DNA of 64,000 nt from Azolla caroliniana (GCA_043228905.1 JBHGNT010000005.1:21204001-21268000), one strand, 5' to 3'; counted from the first letter of the stretch, positions 50,786-64,000 are shown. Numbers and translations: made by a program. Notes: a model not told the origin generated them from the sequence alone.

Positions 50786-51570
50786 CATATAGCCTTCGAC
50801 TACGGTTGTATTTTCCGCTCCGAAAGACAGTTGTGCATCTTCGGTCCATCGTACGTACCTGAACATGTGCTTGACGGCCTCCCAATGCTTCCGTCCTGGA
50901 TTCAACATGCATCAGCTGACGACCCCTATGACATATGCAAAGTCGGGCCTGGTCGCCACCATCGCGTACGTGATACTTCCTACAGCCGATGCATAGGGTA
51001 TCTCTCCATTGAGCTCTCTCTCCTTATCCACTGAAGGAGAGTCTTTGTCCGATAGTCGGATCGACGTCGAAAGCGGTGTTGGTGTTGGCTTCACGTTCTC
51101 CATGTTGAAGCACCACAACACCTTTCGAATGTAGTCGGATTGGGAGAGTCGGAGAGTCTTTGTCTTCCGATTTCGCTCAATCCTCATGCCCAGTATGTGT
51201 TGGGCTTGTCCGAGTTCCTTCATTGCAAACTTTTCGTGAAGGCTCCACTTTAGCTTTCCAATTTTAGCTTGATTTCTTCCTACAATCAACATGGCGTCGA
51301 CATATAAGTTCAGATAGATCCGGGCCAGTTGCCGAGTATATAAACATGGGTCAGAGTCGGATAGGTTGTACTGAGTTGTCGGATGTAGGAGTCGAACTTC
51401 TAGTACCACATCCTCGGTGCTTGTTTTAACCCGTAAAGGCTTTTCTTCAATCGACATAGGACGTGACCTTCCTTCCCCACTGTAATGAAGCTTGTTGTCT
51501 TTACGTCCAACTGCTAGAGCTCTAGGTCTTCAGTCGCCACGACCCCGAGTAAGAGCCGATGGGTGGTCAT
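50786..51570 (-). pseudogene. pol: Copia-3 RT fragment (continuation of 25911-27168)
   Basis: ORF 50912-51457 (LYVDAMLI, FAMKELG, PYASAVGS), ending ...VVEGY at about 50787. Confidence 0.82.
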
Positions 51571-52879
51571 TGTCATGGGTAGAAAATATACACAAGAGAG
51601 TAGAAGATAATCAAAGGGATGAGTTGATTAATTGAAAGACTCTGTAACTGGTGTTGTTCACCTTGATTATAATCTAGGGGTCGAAGCATGCTACGGTGTA
51701 CCAAAAAAGTACTGCTTTTGGCCAAGAAAAACACGAGTACTTTTAGTATTGTTAGTACTAAGTAATTATAAAAAAGCTTTTAAAAAAATCGAAAAATTTT
51801 ATAATCTCTTTAGGGAATGGGGTGGGGGTAGTACACGTTGCATTTAATGGGGGGAGATAGTTATTGTGTATTCAGGAGTCAAGACTGATTTGGGGGTTAT
51901 TTCCCCCTCACTTTTAATTTAGCATGCCACATAAATTGAATTTGGCTCTTCCCACCATTTTGGCCCATCCCCTTCCTCCTTCCAACTGAGCCCATCTCAG
52001 ATTCAGAGTTTGATGTTCTTTGCATCTCAGGTATTCACAGCACGTGAATGTCCCCAAGATTTGGGATCTTGCCATTCCTTATCTACGAATCAAACCTACG
52101 TGAAAATGATCAATCTTTCTTTGTGTCACACATCTTAGCTGTCTTCCCCTTTCGTTAGTATGTCTTCTCCTTCCCTCAGTGTGTCGTCTCCTTCCCTCGG
52201 TATATCTTCTCCTTCCCTCGATATGTCTTCAGAACTGTTTTTTAAGCGTTGGTTATTTCATAACTGTTTTTTAAGCTTTAATATTTATTGTTTATCCTTT
52301 CAAATGGAAACTTTAAGATTTATTAGCACCTAAAACTTGACTTTTATATTAGCCTATTGCTATGGTTGTCTTTCTTAGTACTGTATTGTTTTGTTAAAGG
52401 AATATGTGTGTGTGATATTATCGTACATGTTTATTCGAAAACTAGTTGATGTAGTTTGCATTGACGTATTAAGTACATTTATTCTACGATGTATTAAGCA
52501 TTTATTTTGATTAATTAGGTACTGAAATAACAAGAAATTAGGTGTTGGAATACATGAGAGTGGCAATGGTAGATGTCAAGGAGAGTGAGTTGTCATGTAG
52601 CAATTCTATGTCTGAGAGGAGCAAGAGATGGGTGGTTCTTCACATAGTTCGTTATTCACTAGAAGTAATTGAGAGATTTACCAAGGAAGATCATAGGGAT
52701 ATTATCTCTAGAGTGTTACACCATCAGCTCTTGAATGAGTGCATGGAGAATATTAAGTTTAGGGACCAATGTGTTTCAGAAGAGATTGTAGAGTCTATGA
52801 AGTCATCACTACACTTAGTGAAAGGGGTAGAGAGCATAGATAAGCTTGGTGAAAAGAGAGCAGCCCTTCAAATGGTTGT

Positions 52880-53289
52880 TGTTGAGAATCAAGCTCAACA
52901 TAGCACAACGTGTGAACACACCTTTTGAGAATCTATGATTACTCAAAGGTCAAGAGTCACACCACTACTCACTAATGAGTTACATATTCCCCATGACTAT
53001 GAGTCTTCACATTCCCCAAGAGAGAGAGTGGTTGTTGTAAGTTAATGAAGAGAGAGGGTGACTCTATATAAAGCACCTTCCTCATACTTCATACTAAGTC
53101 GGTAGTGACTCCTTGTAATGCTACATTTTCATTTATCATATTCTCCTTGTTAATATACATCTCCTTCTTCTTGAGTACTTCATTTTGTCTCTTATCCATC
53201 TTGTGTTTCTCTCCTCTCCTCTTTCCTCTCACACATACACATAACACACATCTCTTCTGCTACACAAGAATCACCATTGATTCTTTACA
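52880..53289 (+). repeat. Copia-4 5' LTR (410 bp)
   Basis: TG...CA; repeat of 57802-58257 lacking a 46-bp segment. Confidence 0.92.
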
Positions 53290-53472
53290 TTGTATCAGAG
53301 CAATTTGGTAGCTCGATCTAGCCCACTCGCCTCATCGTGATCGTGTATTGTGCTCTATGCCCACATTCAAGAAGAACTAGTTCATCACTATCGTAGTGCG
53401 ACTACATAGCTCATGTTCGAGAGAGCAGGAAAAGAGAAGAAGGAAGAAATCTACATTGACAATAAATACTCA

Positions 53473-56400
53473 AATGGGGAGCGCTCTCCCTAGCGAGAAG
53501 TTAGATCACAACAACTTTGCATATTGGGAGTACAAGATGCACCAATACCTTGTCGGCCAAGGCTATTGGAGCTAGGAGCACAAGAAAATCGGCCCAACCT
53601 GGAAGGCGTTGACTATGCAACATAGGAGCAAGCGGCAAGCCGAGTGATGTATTGTTTGGCGACATGTGTTCACGACCACATGCTCGGGTACATTCGAGAA
53701 GCCAAGACGCCAAAGGAAGCATGGGAGAGTCTACGAAAGATTTTCGCCGCCAACACTACCGCGAGAAAGCTTCAACTCCGCCAAGAGTTGAATAATATCC
53801 AACAAAGGGATATGTCTGTCACGAGCTACACCTTGAAGATCAAGGAGCTTTGTGATTCGCTCGGCTCGATAAGCGTAAACGTGGAGGATGACGAGATGGT
53901 GCAAATATGTCTTGGTGGCCTTGCACCACAATTCGGCGCAATGCGGACCACCGTACTAGCATGGGAGAATCCGCCCTCCTTCTTCGATCTGCAATCTATG
54001 TTGTTGGTCGAAGAAAACCATGTTCGAACAAGGAGCAACACCTCGGAAGGCCACATGCTCTACACGCATTTAGACGGAGGAAGAGGACGCCGTGCAAGAA
54101 GAGGTCGATTCAGCCAAGGACGAGGCGAACGAGGCCCAACTTACGAAAACAACTCAAAATTTCGGCATCAAGACAGAAGCCATCGAGGAACCTTCGGAAG
54201 AAGGGGGAGATTCCATTCCAGTCCGAACCGACAAAGCTCGGTCAAATGCGGATATTGCGGAAAAATCGATCACCACGAAGAAGAATGTCGTAAGAAGATA
54301 CGCGAGTCAGCTTCCACTAGCTGACAACTTACCAACTACGCCATCAATTCCGACTATGACGATCACGACAGAATGTTCATGATGAGACATAGAGTGAATT
54401 TTATGTCGGCCTCTACTTCTACTAGTGCCTCCAGTCCAGAAGACGTATGGTTCGTCGATTCCGGTGCCTCGAACCATATGACGTCGCATCAAGAATGGTT
54501 ACGAGAACTTCGAGAGCCAGACCAACCCAGCTATGTCGAAACCGGAGACGACACTACGCACCCGATTCGGCACATTGGCAATGTTCCGTTCGGAGAAGAA
54601 GGTAAGCAAACTTATATTAAAAATTTCTTGCATGTACCAACTATCACGAAGAATTTGGTCTCTGTCGGCCAAATTGTAGAGCAAGGAATGCAAGTACGAT
54701 TTAATCAAGGCGGTTGCTTCATCGAAAAAGAGGGCCGACTCATCGCTCGTGGACGAAGAGAGGGCTGAATGTTCATTCTCGACTCACACGAGATGAAATC
54801 TTCCATGTTCGCAAAGGGCATGAAAGCCGATTCCGACATAGTTATGGCACAAGCGGATTGGCCAATGATATAAACCTCCAAAAACTCAAGGCAATGCAAT
54901 CGAAAGGCATCATCACCGGGCCCCCGACATTCACGGAGAAAGAGATTGAAGGCATGTGTGCCGCTTGCCAATTCGGCAAGCAACATCGGCACCTGTTTCC
55001 GAAGGAGCGGAACGAGCAAATGCGTACTCAACGTAATTCATTCTGATGTATGGGGTCCAGCTCAGACGGCTACATTCGGCGGATGCCGATACTACGTGGC
55101 CTTCATCGACAACTTCTCCAAGCACACCTGGATCTACCCCATACAACAAAAGAGCGAAGTGTTCAGACACTTCCAAAATTTTAAGAATGAAGACTAGAAA
55201 GCCACGAGCCGACATGTACGATGTCTTCGGTCGGATGGAGGCAAGGAGTACCTCTCCGACAAATTTTCGGCATTTCTACGGAAAGAAGGAATACGGCGAG
55301 AGTTTTCATGTCGACATACGCCACAACAAAATGGAGTGGCCGAACGCAAGAATCGGCACATCCTCAAAGTGGCACGGGCTATGCTTAACGAAAAGCACAT
55401 GCTGAAATCGTATTGGGCGGAAGCAGCTAACACGGCCGTCTATCTCATGAATCGGTGTACGACATCGGGTGTGCACGAACTTACTCCACACGAGAAGTTC
55501 TTCAGAAAGAAGTCGAATCTATCACATGTTCGGATATTCGGCTCCATTGCGTACGTGCACATCCCCGACGAGAAGCGTCAAAAGCTCGACCCGAAGTCAG
55601 AGAAATGTATCCTCGTAGAATACTCACTGGAGCAAAAGGGGTACAAGTGCTACAACCCCTCAACTCAAAAATCTCGAGTAAGTCGAGAGGTCGTTTTCGA
55701 TGAGTCCGCATCCTGGTACGCACCAGAGACAACTTCGACTTCGATTCCACTCGACCTTGATTCAGCCGAAATAGAGATAGAAGCCGAAGATCGACTCACG
55801 CGCATGTTTGAAGAAAACCGTAGTGGGCCACAAGAGCCCCCGAGTGATCAAAGCACATCTCGGCCAAGTCCGAAGATGGACAAAGGGAAAGCAAAAATGC
55901 CGGAGTATGAAGACAATCACTTCGACGGAAACGAATCAACTCACTCCCTCGATAGTGAGTTCGAAGGCCTTGAGATCCAAACAAATGGAGCGGAGAACGC
56001 CGTAGTATCCGCAAACGAGCAGTTCGCCAATCCACCCATGAAAAGAACCCCGTAAGCCGATTCAGCTACAACGATTATATGACGTACCATTACGCTTTTA
56101 TGATGAAGGTGGCAACAGTACAGGAGCCAGAAACCTTTTCTGAAGCCGCGAAGGACCCGCGATGGACAAAAGCATTGAATGAGGAGATGTGTGCATTACG
56201 CAAGAATGAGACATGGGATCTCGTTCCCCACTCACCGCACAGGAAGGCGATTGGATGTAGATGGATCTACAAGGTGAAGTATAATGCCAATGGCTCTGTC
56301 AACCGCTACAAAGCTCGACTCATAGCGAAAGGATACGCACAAACACATGGCGTCGACTACGAAGAAACATTTGCCCCGGTGGCAAAGATGACAACTGTGT

Positions 56401-57788
56401 GGACCATAATTGCACTTGCAACAGCTAAAGGGTGGAACCTCTATCAAATGGACATAAAGAACGCCTTTCTTCAAGGTGAATTAGAAGAGAAGGTATACAT
56501 GATACAACCACCCGGCTTCAAATCCAACATCCATCCGAAAGCCTTATGTCGACTCAAGAAGCCTCTCTACGGCCTCAAGCAAGCACCACACGCTTGGCAT
56601 TGGAAGATTATGCAATATCTTCATCAAATCGACTTCCGAATGTCAAAATCCGACAAATCCCTCTATGTGCGAAACAACTCTAGAAGTCTGATTGTCATCA
56701 TCTTATACGTGGATGATCTGGTCATCGGAGGTGAAAGTCTAGTAGACATCAACAAGGTCAAGTCCCTCCTCTCCAACAAATTCGAGATGACGAACATGAA
56801 GGAGCTACACTACTTCCTTGGCATCGAGGTGATTCGGAATCCGGCCGGCATTATGATCTCCCAACAACACTACATTCTCAACTTGTTATACAAGTTCGGG
56901 ATGACTGAGTGTAAATCAATTGCTACGCCTCTTGATCGAAACTTGAAACTAGATGCTGACTCTGGCACGAACGAGTGCACGCCGACTCAATATCGACAAC
57001 TGATCGAGAGCCTCATCTATCTCATGATCACTTGACCCGACCTTAGCTATCCATTTGGACTCCATAGCCAATTCATGCAAACTCCGCGAGATATCCATTT
57101 CCATTGCGTTAAGCGAGTATTATGATATGTGAGCGGCACAATGGATTACAGCGTTCACTACGCATCGATCACACCAATATGACTCAAAGGGTACACATAC
57201 GCGGATTGGGCAGGCTACAAAGCCGATCGACGATCGACCTCCAAATTTGTCTTCTCGCTCGGTAGCGGAGCAATATCTTGGAGTAGTAAGAAGCAGCCTA
57301 CCATTGCACTTTCGAGTACGGAGGCCGAATACAGGGGCGCAGTCGTAGCTGCATGTGAAGCCGTATGGCTCAAGAAGATTTTGAAGGATTTGGGCGTCCC
57401 CATCAAGGATCCAACTCCCATTTACTGCGACAACATGAGCAGTATATATCTAGCTCAGAACCCGGTGTTCCACGCACACACAAAGCATATCGAAGTGCAC
57501 TTTCACTTCATTCGAGAGCACGTACAAGCCGGAGATGTCGACCTTCAACACATCAACACGAATCTTCAGACGACCGACATCTTCACCAAAGCCTTAGGAG
57601 CCGACAAGCTTCGGCAATTCATGTCAGTCCTTGGATTGACGATCCCTGACTTGCCAAGCTTGAGGGGGAGTACAAGCAAGAACCGGATACCATCTGAACC
57701 GAGTACGAGCCGAAGCGGACACCGAAGATCGTTTGAACCGGATACCAACCGAAGTGGTCATCAATCAAAAGGAACCAACCCGAGTTGA
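53473..57788 (+). pseudogene. gag-pol: Copia-4 gag-pol pseudogene
   Basis: gag (CGYCGKIDHHEEEC), PR (WFVDSGASNHM), INT (IHSDVWGP), RT (LYVDDLVI), RNase H ([14 protein letters not shown]). Confidence 0.92.
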
Positions 57789-57801
57789 GCTTGAGGGGGC
57801 G

Positions 57802-58257
57802 TGTTGAGAATCAAGCTCAACATAGCACAACGTGTGAACACACCTTTTGAGAATCTATGATTACTCAAATGTCAAGAGTCACACCACTACTCTCTACACA
57901 TTAACTATGTGTCATAGAATCATATTCTATGACACATAACTAATGAGTTACATATTCCCCATGACTATGAGTCTTCACATTCCCCAAGAGAGAGAGTGGT
58001 TGTTGTAAGTTAATGAAGAGAGAGGGTGACTCTATATAAAGCACCCTCCTCATACTTCATACTAAGTCGGTAGTGACCCCTTGTAATGCTACATTTTCAT
58101 TTATCATATTCTCCTTGTTAATATACATCTCCTTCTTCTTGAGTACTTCATTTTGTCTCTTATCCATCTTGTGTTTCTCTCCTCTCCTCTTTCCTCTCAC
58201 ACATACATATAACACACATCTCTTCCACTACACAAGAATCACCATTGATTCTTTACA
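57802..58257 (+). repeat. Copia-4 3' LTR (456 bp)
   Basis: TG...CA after the PPT, followed by the TSD. Confidence 0.92.
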
Positions 58258-59959
58258 GTTGTAAATGGTACAAGAAAAAAAATATATAGTGATACTAAAG
58301 TTGCTTTAGCCCTTGGTATTCAAAGAAGAAACTTGAGGAAGCATCGGACAAATATACAATCAAATCAATTTAAGTGGTCGGGGTTAGGCCGTAGATGACG
58401 ATGTGATGCCTTGTCTCATGAGATTATTGAGAAAGTGGTTTCTTTTTGGACAAAAAACACTCGTGTCTCACCAAATAAAAAAGATGTATGTAGACAACGT
58501 ATAAGTCGGGGTAGGTACCAGATTCACCCAAGACACTTCTTGGAGATGACTGAGGTAATTGTTTTGTTTTTATCTATTTGTTTCTAAATATATTTTTTTA
58601 CTAAGGGAATCTTTTAAAGTTTGTTATTTATTGAGTGATGTAGGTGGAATTGTTCATAAACTTCAAAGACCAACATCCTAACATCAATCTTGGATTTCGC
58701 AAGTTCCAAGGTTTGAAACCGTTTTTTGTTAGAAAGTTAAAATAGAGGAACACATGTTGTTGTGTGTACCACATTAAAATGTACATGTTAAGGCTTAGCC
58801 TGAACACTATGCATACTGATTCTAAGGGTATACACAGGACGGGGATGGGTGTGTTTGCACTTGTGAGGTATGTAGAACAAATGGGAGTGATAATAGATGT
58901 AATGCTCGAAACATGACTTATGCATCGGTTTCTGAGTTATGGAGGTCTTTTGTTTGTGAAAAACAACCATCATCTGAGTGGCATAATCGTACATGTCTTC
59001 TAAGAACATATAAAGTTTGCCCACAACCACCATTTTGTATACAGGAGCTTGATGTAAATAACTGTCATATTGTGAAATGGAAATATTTAGAGTATGTGAT
59101 AGAAAATATAGGTAAGGGTCTTGTTAGTAAGCGTATCAAGGAAGTATATAAGGAGACATGTGCTGCTACCCTTTGTCTCAGAGTTTAAGAACCAACTTGA
59201 GGAGTTCATTCCACATAACTTTAGGAGTTATTGGCAAAATTCACAGTTCAAGGAATGTATAAATAACTTACCACCAGATGTTATAGTATATGTTATTGAC
59301 TTTGCAGAGAACTATACGTTTAAAGTTCAAAATGAGGTTCAATCAATGCATTGGTACAATGACCAATGTACCTTACTTGTACATATTTTCTACTGGAGAA
59401 AAGACAATGAGTTCCATAAGAAATCAATATTCTACATTTCAGATGATAAAAAGCATGATACGTTGTTTGTTCAACATTGTTTTAAGCTTCACCATGCAGA
59501 TTTATTGTCTTTGGGTGTTAACTTTAATCAGCATTGGGTTTGGTCTGATGGTGTTGCCTCACAATTTAAGGCGGCCCGGTCCTTCTACTTCATTGCAAGG
59601 TGAGGAAATAATCCATATGTTTGGTACTTATAAATGGAAGTCTATTTTGGTAATATACCATAGTAATTATAGATGTTTGTATAAAATACTGAATTAGTAA
59701 TTCTCTAGCCACATGCACCAGTACTGTCTTGGAATGTGAATCTGAACTGATTGGCCATTTGGTTCTCTCCTCCTAGATTCACTAGTACTAATTATGGTAA
59801 TAACCATGTTAAGTAAACTTAACTTATAGGTAAGTAATGTCGTCCTACGTGTACAAGTACTAATTAAGGTCCAGGCCTTGTAATGTATCTGTAATTTACA
59901 ACATAGTATTATCCCCAAAGGTGCACATGCACAAGTATTGACAATGGTTTACAACTAAG

Positions 59960-60730
59960 TACTCAGATCCCACATGCACAAGTACTGATTTCTAACTTAG
60001 GATTGTATTCCTTCATTGGCACGAGTACTAATTTATATCTCAGCACTGCCCTCTCTTGTGCATTAGTACTAATGAATAACTTAGTACTATCCTCTTTCGT
60101 TCATTAGTACTAATTTATAACTTTGGACTGCCATCCGACAAGCACGAGCACTAATTAATACTTACATTGCCCCCTCTCATTAACCTCTCATTAATGTTTG
60201 TACTAATTCATAACTTAGCTCTGTATTCAACTTTGTTCGTTAGTACTAATTTATAACCTAGGATTGTTCTCTCTCATTAATACTAATTATTAACTTAGTA
60301 CTATCCAACTTTGTTCATTGAGACCAACTTATAACTTAGGACTGTCCTCTGTCATGCATTAGTACTAATTAATAACTTAGTATTGTCCAACTTTATTCAT
60401 TAAGACCAACTTATAACTTAGGATTGTCCTCTGTCATGCATTAGTACTAATTAATAACTTAGTACTCTCCAACTTTGTTCATTACGACCAACTTATAACT
60501 TATGGTTGTTCTCTCTCATGCATTAGTACTGATTAGTAACTTACCACTCCCCTCTCTCGTCTGTTAGTACTAATTTCCAACTTAGTACTATCCTTTCTCA
60601 TGCATTAGTACTAATTAATAACTTACCACTTCCCTCTCTCGTATATTAGTACTAATCTCCAACTTAGTACTGTCCTCTCTTGTGCATTAGTACTAATCAA
60701 TAACTTAGTACTATCCTCTTCATTTGTATT
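59960..60730. repeat. Intronic about 41-bp minisatellite with ATTAGTACTAAT palindromic core and local 82-bp dimers
   Basis: Roughly 18 degenerate units of (c)attagtactaat-n-ataacttag-n within intron 59600-60832. Confidence 0.85.
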
Positions 60731-61913
60731 GATTCAAATATTAGTATTGTTCACTCATGCATAAGTAATAATTATGGTTTAAGTCATGCAATTAATTATG
60801 TTTGTTGGCTAACTGTCATGCAAAACACCCAGATACTTCTCATTGACAAACATTAGGATGCAATGGAACTACTTCGGTTCTGGACATGGAAAGGGAGAGC
60901 ATGATGGTGCGGGGGTTATGATCAAGCGTGCTCTTACATCAGAGTTGTTGGATAATAAAGGTGCTAAGCTACAAAATGCACATGATGTTGTGGAGTGGCT
61001 CACATGGAAGATGTCAAATGATGGTAAGAATAGATTGTTTATTGAGGTTTGTGCTAATGAGGTCGATAGGAGTAAATCATACGGTTGTAAAACCGTGAAA
61101 GGGACGTGCAAGACCCATTGTGTTTTAGGGTTTAGTCACAAGGACACAACACAATTGTTATTCCGCAGTTTATCGTGCTTTTGTTCCATGTGTTTAGATG
61201 AAGCTTGGGATGAATGCACCAATCTATCAATTGTGGAGCCATGGAAGCTACAGAAGCTAGAGATAGAACACAGTGTGAATATCCAAGAAAACGAACATTC
61301 AGACAATATTGTATACTACAACCACTGTGAGGACTTGGCAATATTATTGGAAGTTGGAGATCATTTTACAGTGCTCAAATCTCCTTAGAATGAAGATTTT
61401 GAAGACTACTACATTGTGGTGTGCAAGCAATGAAATACAATATTGGAAGAAGTCGTGAGGGATGGCTGGGGCAACATGTTCAATGTTGGTGAGTCTGTTG
61501 TGTATGGCAACTACTATGCAAAGTTGCCACAATGCAAGAACACATATGCATTGTTAAAAGATGCACCCACCGCAATTATCTATGTTGATGCAATTATCAC
61601 AATCAAGTTCAAAATGACTCAAGCAACGCACATGGTTAAGAGATACAACACTATCTACAAAGTCTCCAAAGGGGTACACGAACACATAGTGGGGGAGGTC
61701 TCCCTCTTTATTCCTTAGAATGGCAAGTGTTGCGTCTAATGTAACTTTTGCATGTATTCAAACTCTAACTTACAAGTGAAAGGAAATATATCATCTTGGG
61801 TTTTCTAACATATCCCTCTTTGGTTTAGATATGTATGTTTCTTTTACATGAAGTGTCTAGTGCTTGGTAAAAAATCTCATTGGCTAGTATCTGAGCCTAC
61901 GTTAGTATCAAAT

Positions 61914-62055
61914 TTAGGAGTTCATATGTATCAAAGTTAGGAGTTCATATGTATCAAAGTTAGGAGTTCATATGTGTGCCTATAACTCTTTAGTGGTTCA
62001 TATGTATCATATGTGTGCCTATAACTCTTTAGGAGTTCATATGTATCAAAGTTAG
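61914..62055. repeat. Short tandem repeat (ttaggagttcatatgtatcaaag-like units)
   Basis: Several direct copies downstream of the transposase stop. Confidence 0.8.
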
Positions 62056-62699
62056 TAGAATGCAATGTATCAAGTTAGTACTAAATCTGTGTTAAGAGTT
62101 TGCTAACGTAGACATATGTAAGATAAGGGTGTTCATTCCACTCATCACTCCTCTTCTCACTGTCACATGTGTGCATAACAAGTAAACTAGAACAATGACA
62201 CGATGAGGGTAATCAATAACTTAACATTCCTATCAATTACAGACAACCACCCAGATACAATAAACTTATCTAGGTACTGAGTGGCACTTCATCATCGGAG
62301 GTAGTAGAGTACTGAGTGGCGCGAGGCAGTAATAAATTAGCTACAATGCATATCAAGTTAGTACCTAAACTATTTAAGTGTTTACTAACCTAGACATATC
62401 TAAGATAGGAGTGTTCATTCCACTCATGACTTTACATTCTCACCATCACATGTGTGTATAACAAGTAAATTAAATATGTGTGAAGATGAGGGTAATCAAT
62501 GACTTAGCATTCCTATCAATAACTTTGCATCCAATTCACATCCTGGATATGTAAACCCCATTAGTGTCAAGAAGCAAGTAATCAATAACTTTACATTCGG
62601 TAATCAATTACATACAATGATCAAAATACAATAAATTTTGGTTTTAGTTTTTTCTAGATCTTGTAATCCGCTTATTTTTTGTTTCATTCTTCTCAGATT

Positions 62700-64000
62700 T
62701 CACACCCTTCTTCATCTTAAAACCACAAGGTAGTAAACTACTTAGTGGCAATTCATCATCGGAGGGTGAAGCCAAGCTTGAGGGAACAGTGTGCTCTGTT
62801 GCTACTGCCTAAGATGCACACACTTCCAAGAAGATGCGGTCAATAGTCTTACCAGAAATATCCTGGAGGTCATTGGACGTGTCATTCTTCAATTTTCCTG
62901 GCTCCACTACCACATTATTAGGAGTACAAACATGTTCCTCATCTTGGGTGCTTGTCTTCATTGCAAACTCCCCATTGATCAAGTTAGACACTTGCTCCAA
63001 GTGCAAGCTACTTGCATTATTTTGGACAGACACCTCATTTGTAGTACCACACTCTCCTTCTTCTTGGGTAGTTGCGGGGGTCTCCATAATGATACACACC
63101 TCATTCTTTGTACAACCATGATCCTCTCCTTGGGTCAATTTCACATTCTCTGCAGACTCCATTGCAAAGTTGCTAGTCACCTCATGCTTTGTCCACTCCA
63201 GCTCCTCTTTTTGGGTGATCTCACATTCCTCATGTGTGGTAGCATCTGAGCCTAAATAATCAAGATTGCTCCATAAACTACCTGAATCATTTGATGGTAT
63301 TTGTGAATCTATATGCTCTTCTACTCCTAAATAACAGTAAAGTGATGCAAGAACAATATCAATTCACATTCTTAAAAAGTGAAGGCACCTAGCCAAATGT
63401 TTAAGGTTAAGGGACAAATGTTTACCTATTGTTACATCGTCATTGTTGCTTGGGATGGTCCCAATTTCAAGTTGGGGCTCTTCATCATGCCAATATTTCA
63501 CAACACTCTCTATGTATTAATACACTTGTACATAATATTATTGTCACGTGAAGTAATATGGTCAAAATAACAATTATCTGAGAGGGCTCCCAACATGTAC
63601 CTGGAAGTGAGATAAATTCTTCTTCATATTGTGGCTCTGAATTTGTATCTCCATTTTCATTACTCTTTTCTTCCTTGTCTAAAAACAAAAGTATGTAGTA
63701 TTAGTCTAACTAATCAAGATGACACCAGCCACAAGTTTGTGAGAATTTGTATTACCCACCACAACAATCAACTTTGCATTTCTTCCCCTTTCCGTACAAT
63801 TTCCTTGCAACATTACGCTTCTTCATAGGATCTTTGATAGAAACATAATAAATTAGTATACCAACATTTCAGAAATTAGAAAGGCAAACACAATTAGCAT
63901 TACCATTCACATAGTCAGGGTGTGCCGAGCCGAGCTAGGAGATTTTGTTTCAAGCACCACATCTTCAATTGTTCCAATGGCCTTTCTCATACATTCATCT
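62700..64000 (-). pseudogene. Exons of an unidentified minus-strand gene (acidic/Thr-rich region, Cys-rich exon), convergent on the Sola2 transposase
   Basis: ORF 62809-63180 with internal repeats (CTKNEV/GTTNEV/CTPNNV); KCKVDCCGG..CGWCH near 63710-63790; AT-rich intron-like gaps. Confidence 0.35.

Larger units (their letters stand above)
52880..58257 (+). mobile_element. Full-length Ty1/copia element (Copia-4), 5.4 kb
   Basis: LTRs 52880-53289 and 57802-58257, perfect TSD GTTGT, PBS ttgtatcagagc, PPT ttgagggggcg. Confidence 0.95.
52160..61718 (+). pseudogene. Sola2-like DDE transposase gene, spliced, interrupted by Copia-4
   Basis: LKPFFV...RNTCCCVYH, VIDFAENYTF..QNEVQSMHW, SDDKKHD, WSDGVASQFK, WNYFGSGHGKGEHDGAG; introns 58555-58643 and 59600-60832 restore the frame. 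Start position uncertain. Confidence 0.75.

Noticed and set aside
51571-51875. Possible solo LTR (TG...CA)
   Set aside because: No matching TSD or second copy in the window; it may be an interrupted LTR but cannot be supported.
59960-60730. CRISPR-like array (palindromic repeat plus variable part)
   Set aside because: The variable parts are homologous to each other, there are no cas genes, and the context is a eukaryotic intron; it is a minisatellite.

Overview
Eukaryotic, gene-free, transposon-only window from a plant genome, most likely a non-seed land plant such as a moss (inferred from the TE lineages). It is a deep nest of decayed elements. (1) Four Ty1/copia elements plus a copia solo LTR (tRNA-iMet PBS in the three whose 5' end is visible; 5-bp TSD where both ends survive). 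(2) A chromodomain-bearing Ty3/gypsy family ('C') whose LTRs end TG...TA. (3) A non-chromovirus gypsy clade (families 'A', 'B' and a solo LTR) with TGTCG...CGACA LTR ends, tRNA-Trp PBS and 4-bp TSDs, all centred on CG. It includes non-autonomous gag-only derivatives and a clear -1 frameshift signal between protease and RT. (4) Two Sola-type DDE DNA transposons. The first has a divergently transcribed, spliced gene with a ParB/Sulfiredoxin-like domain, which is the most unusual item here. The second has a minisatellite-filled intron and a possible convergent accessory gene. No host housekeeping genes, tRNA/rRNA genes or CRISPR arrays were found. Boundaries were read by eye and family names come from motif recognition, not database searches.
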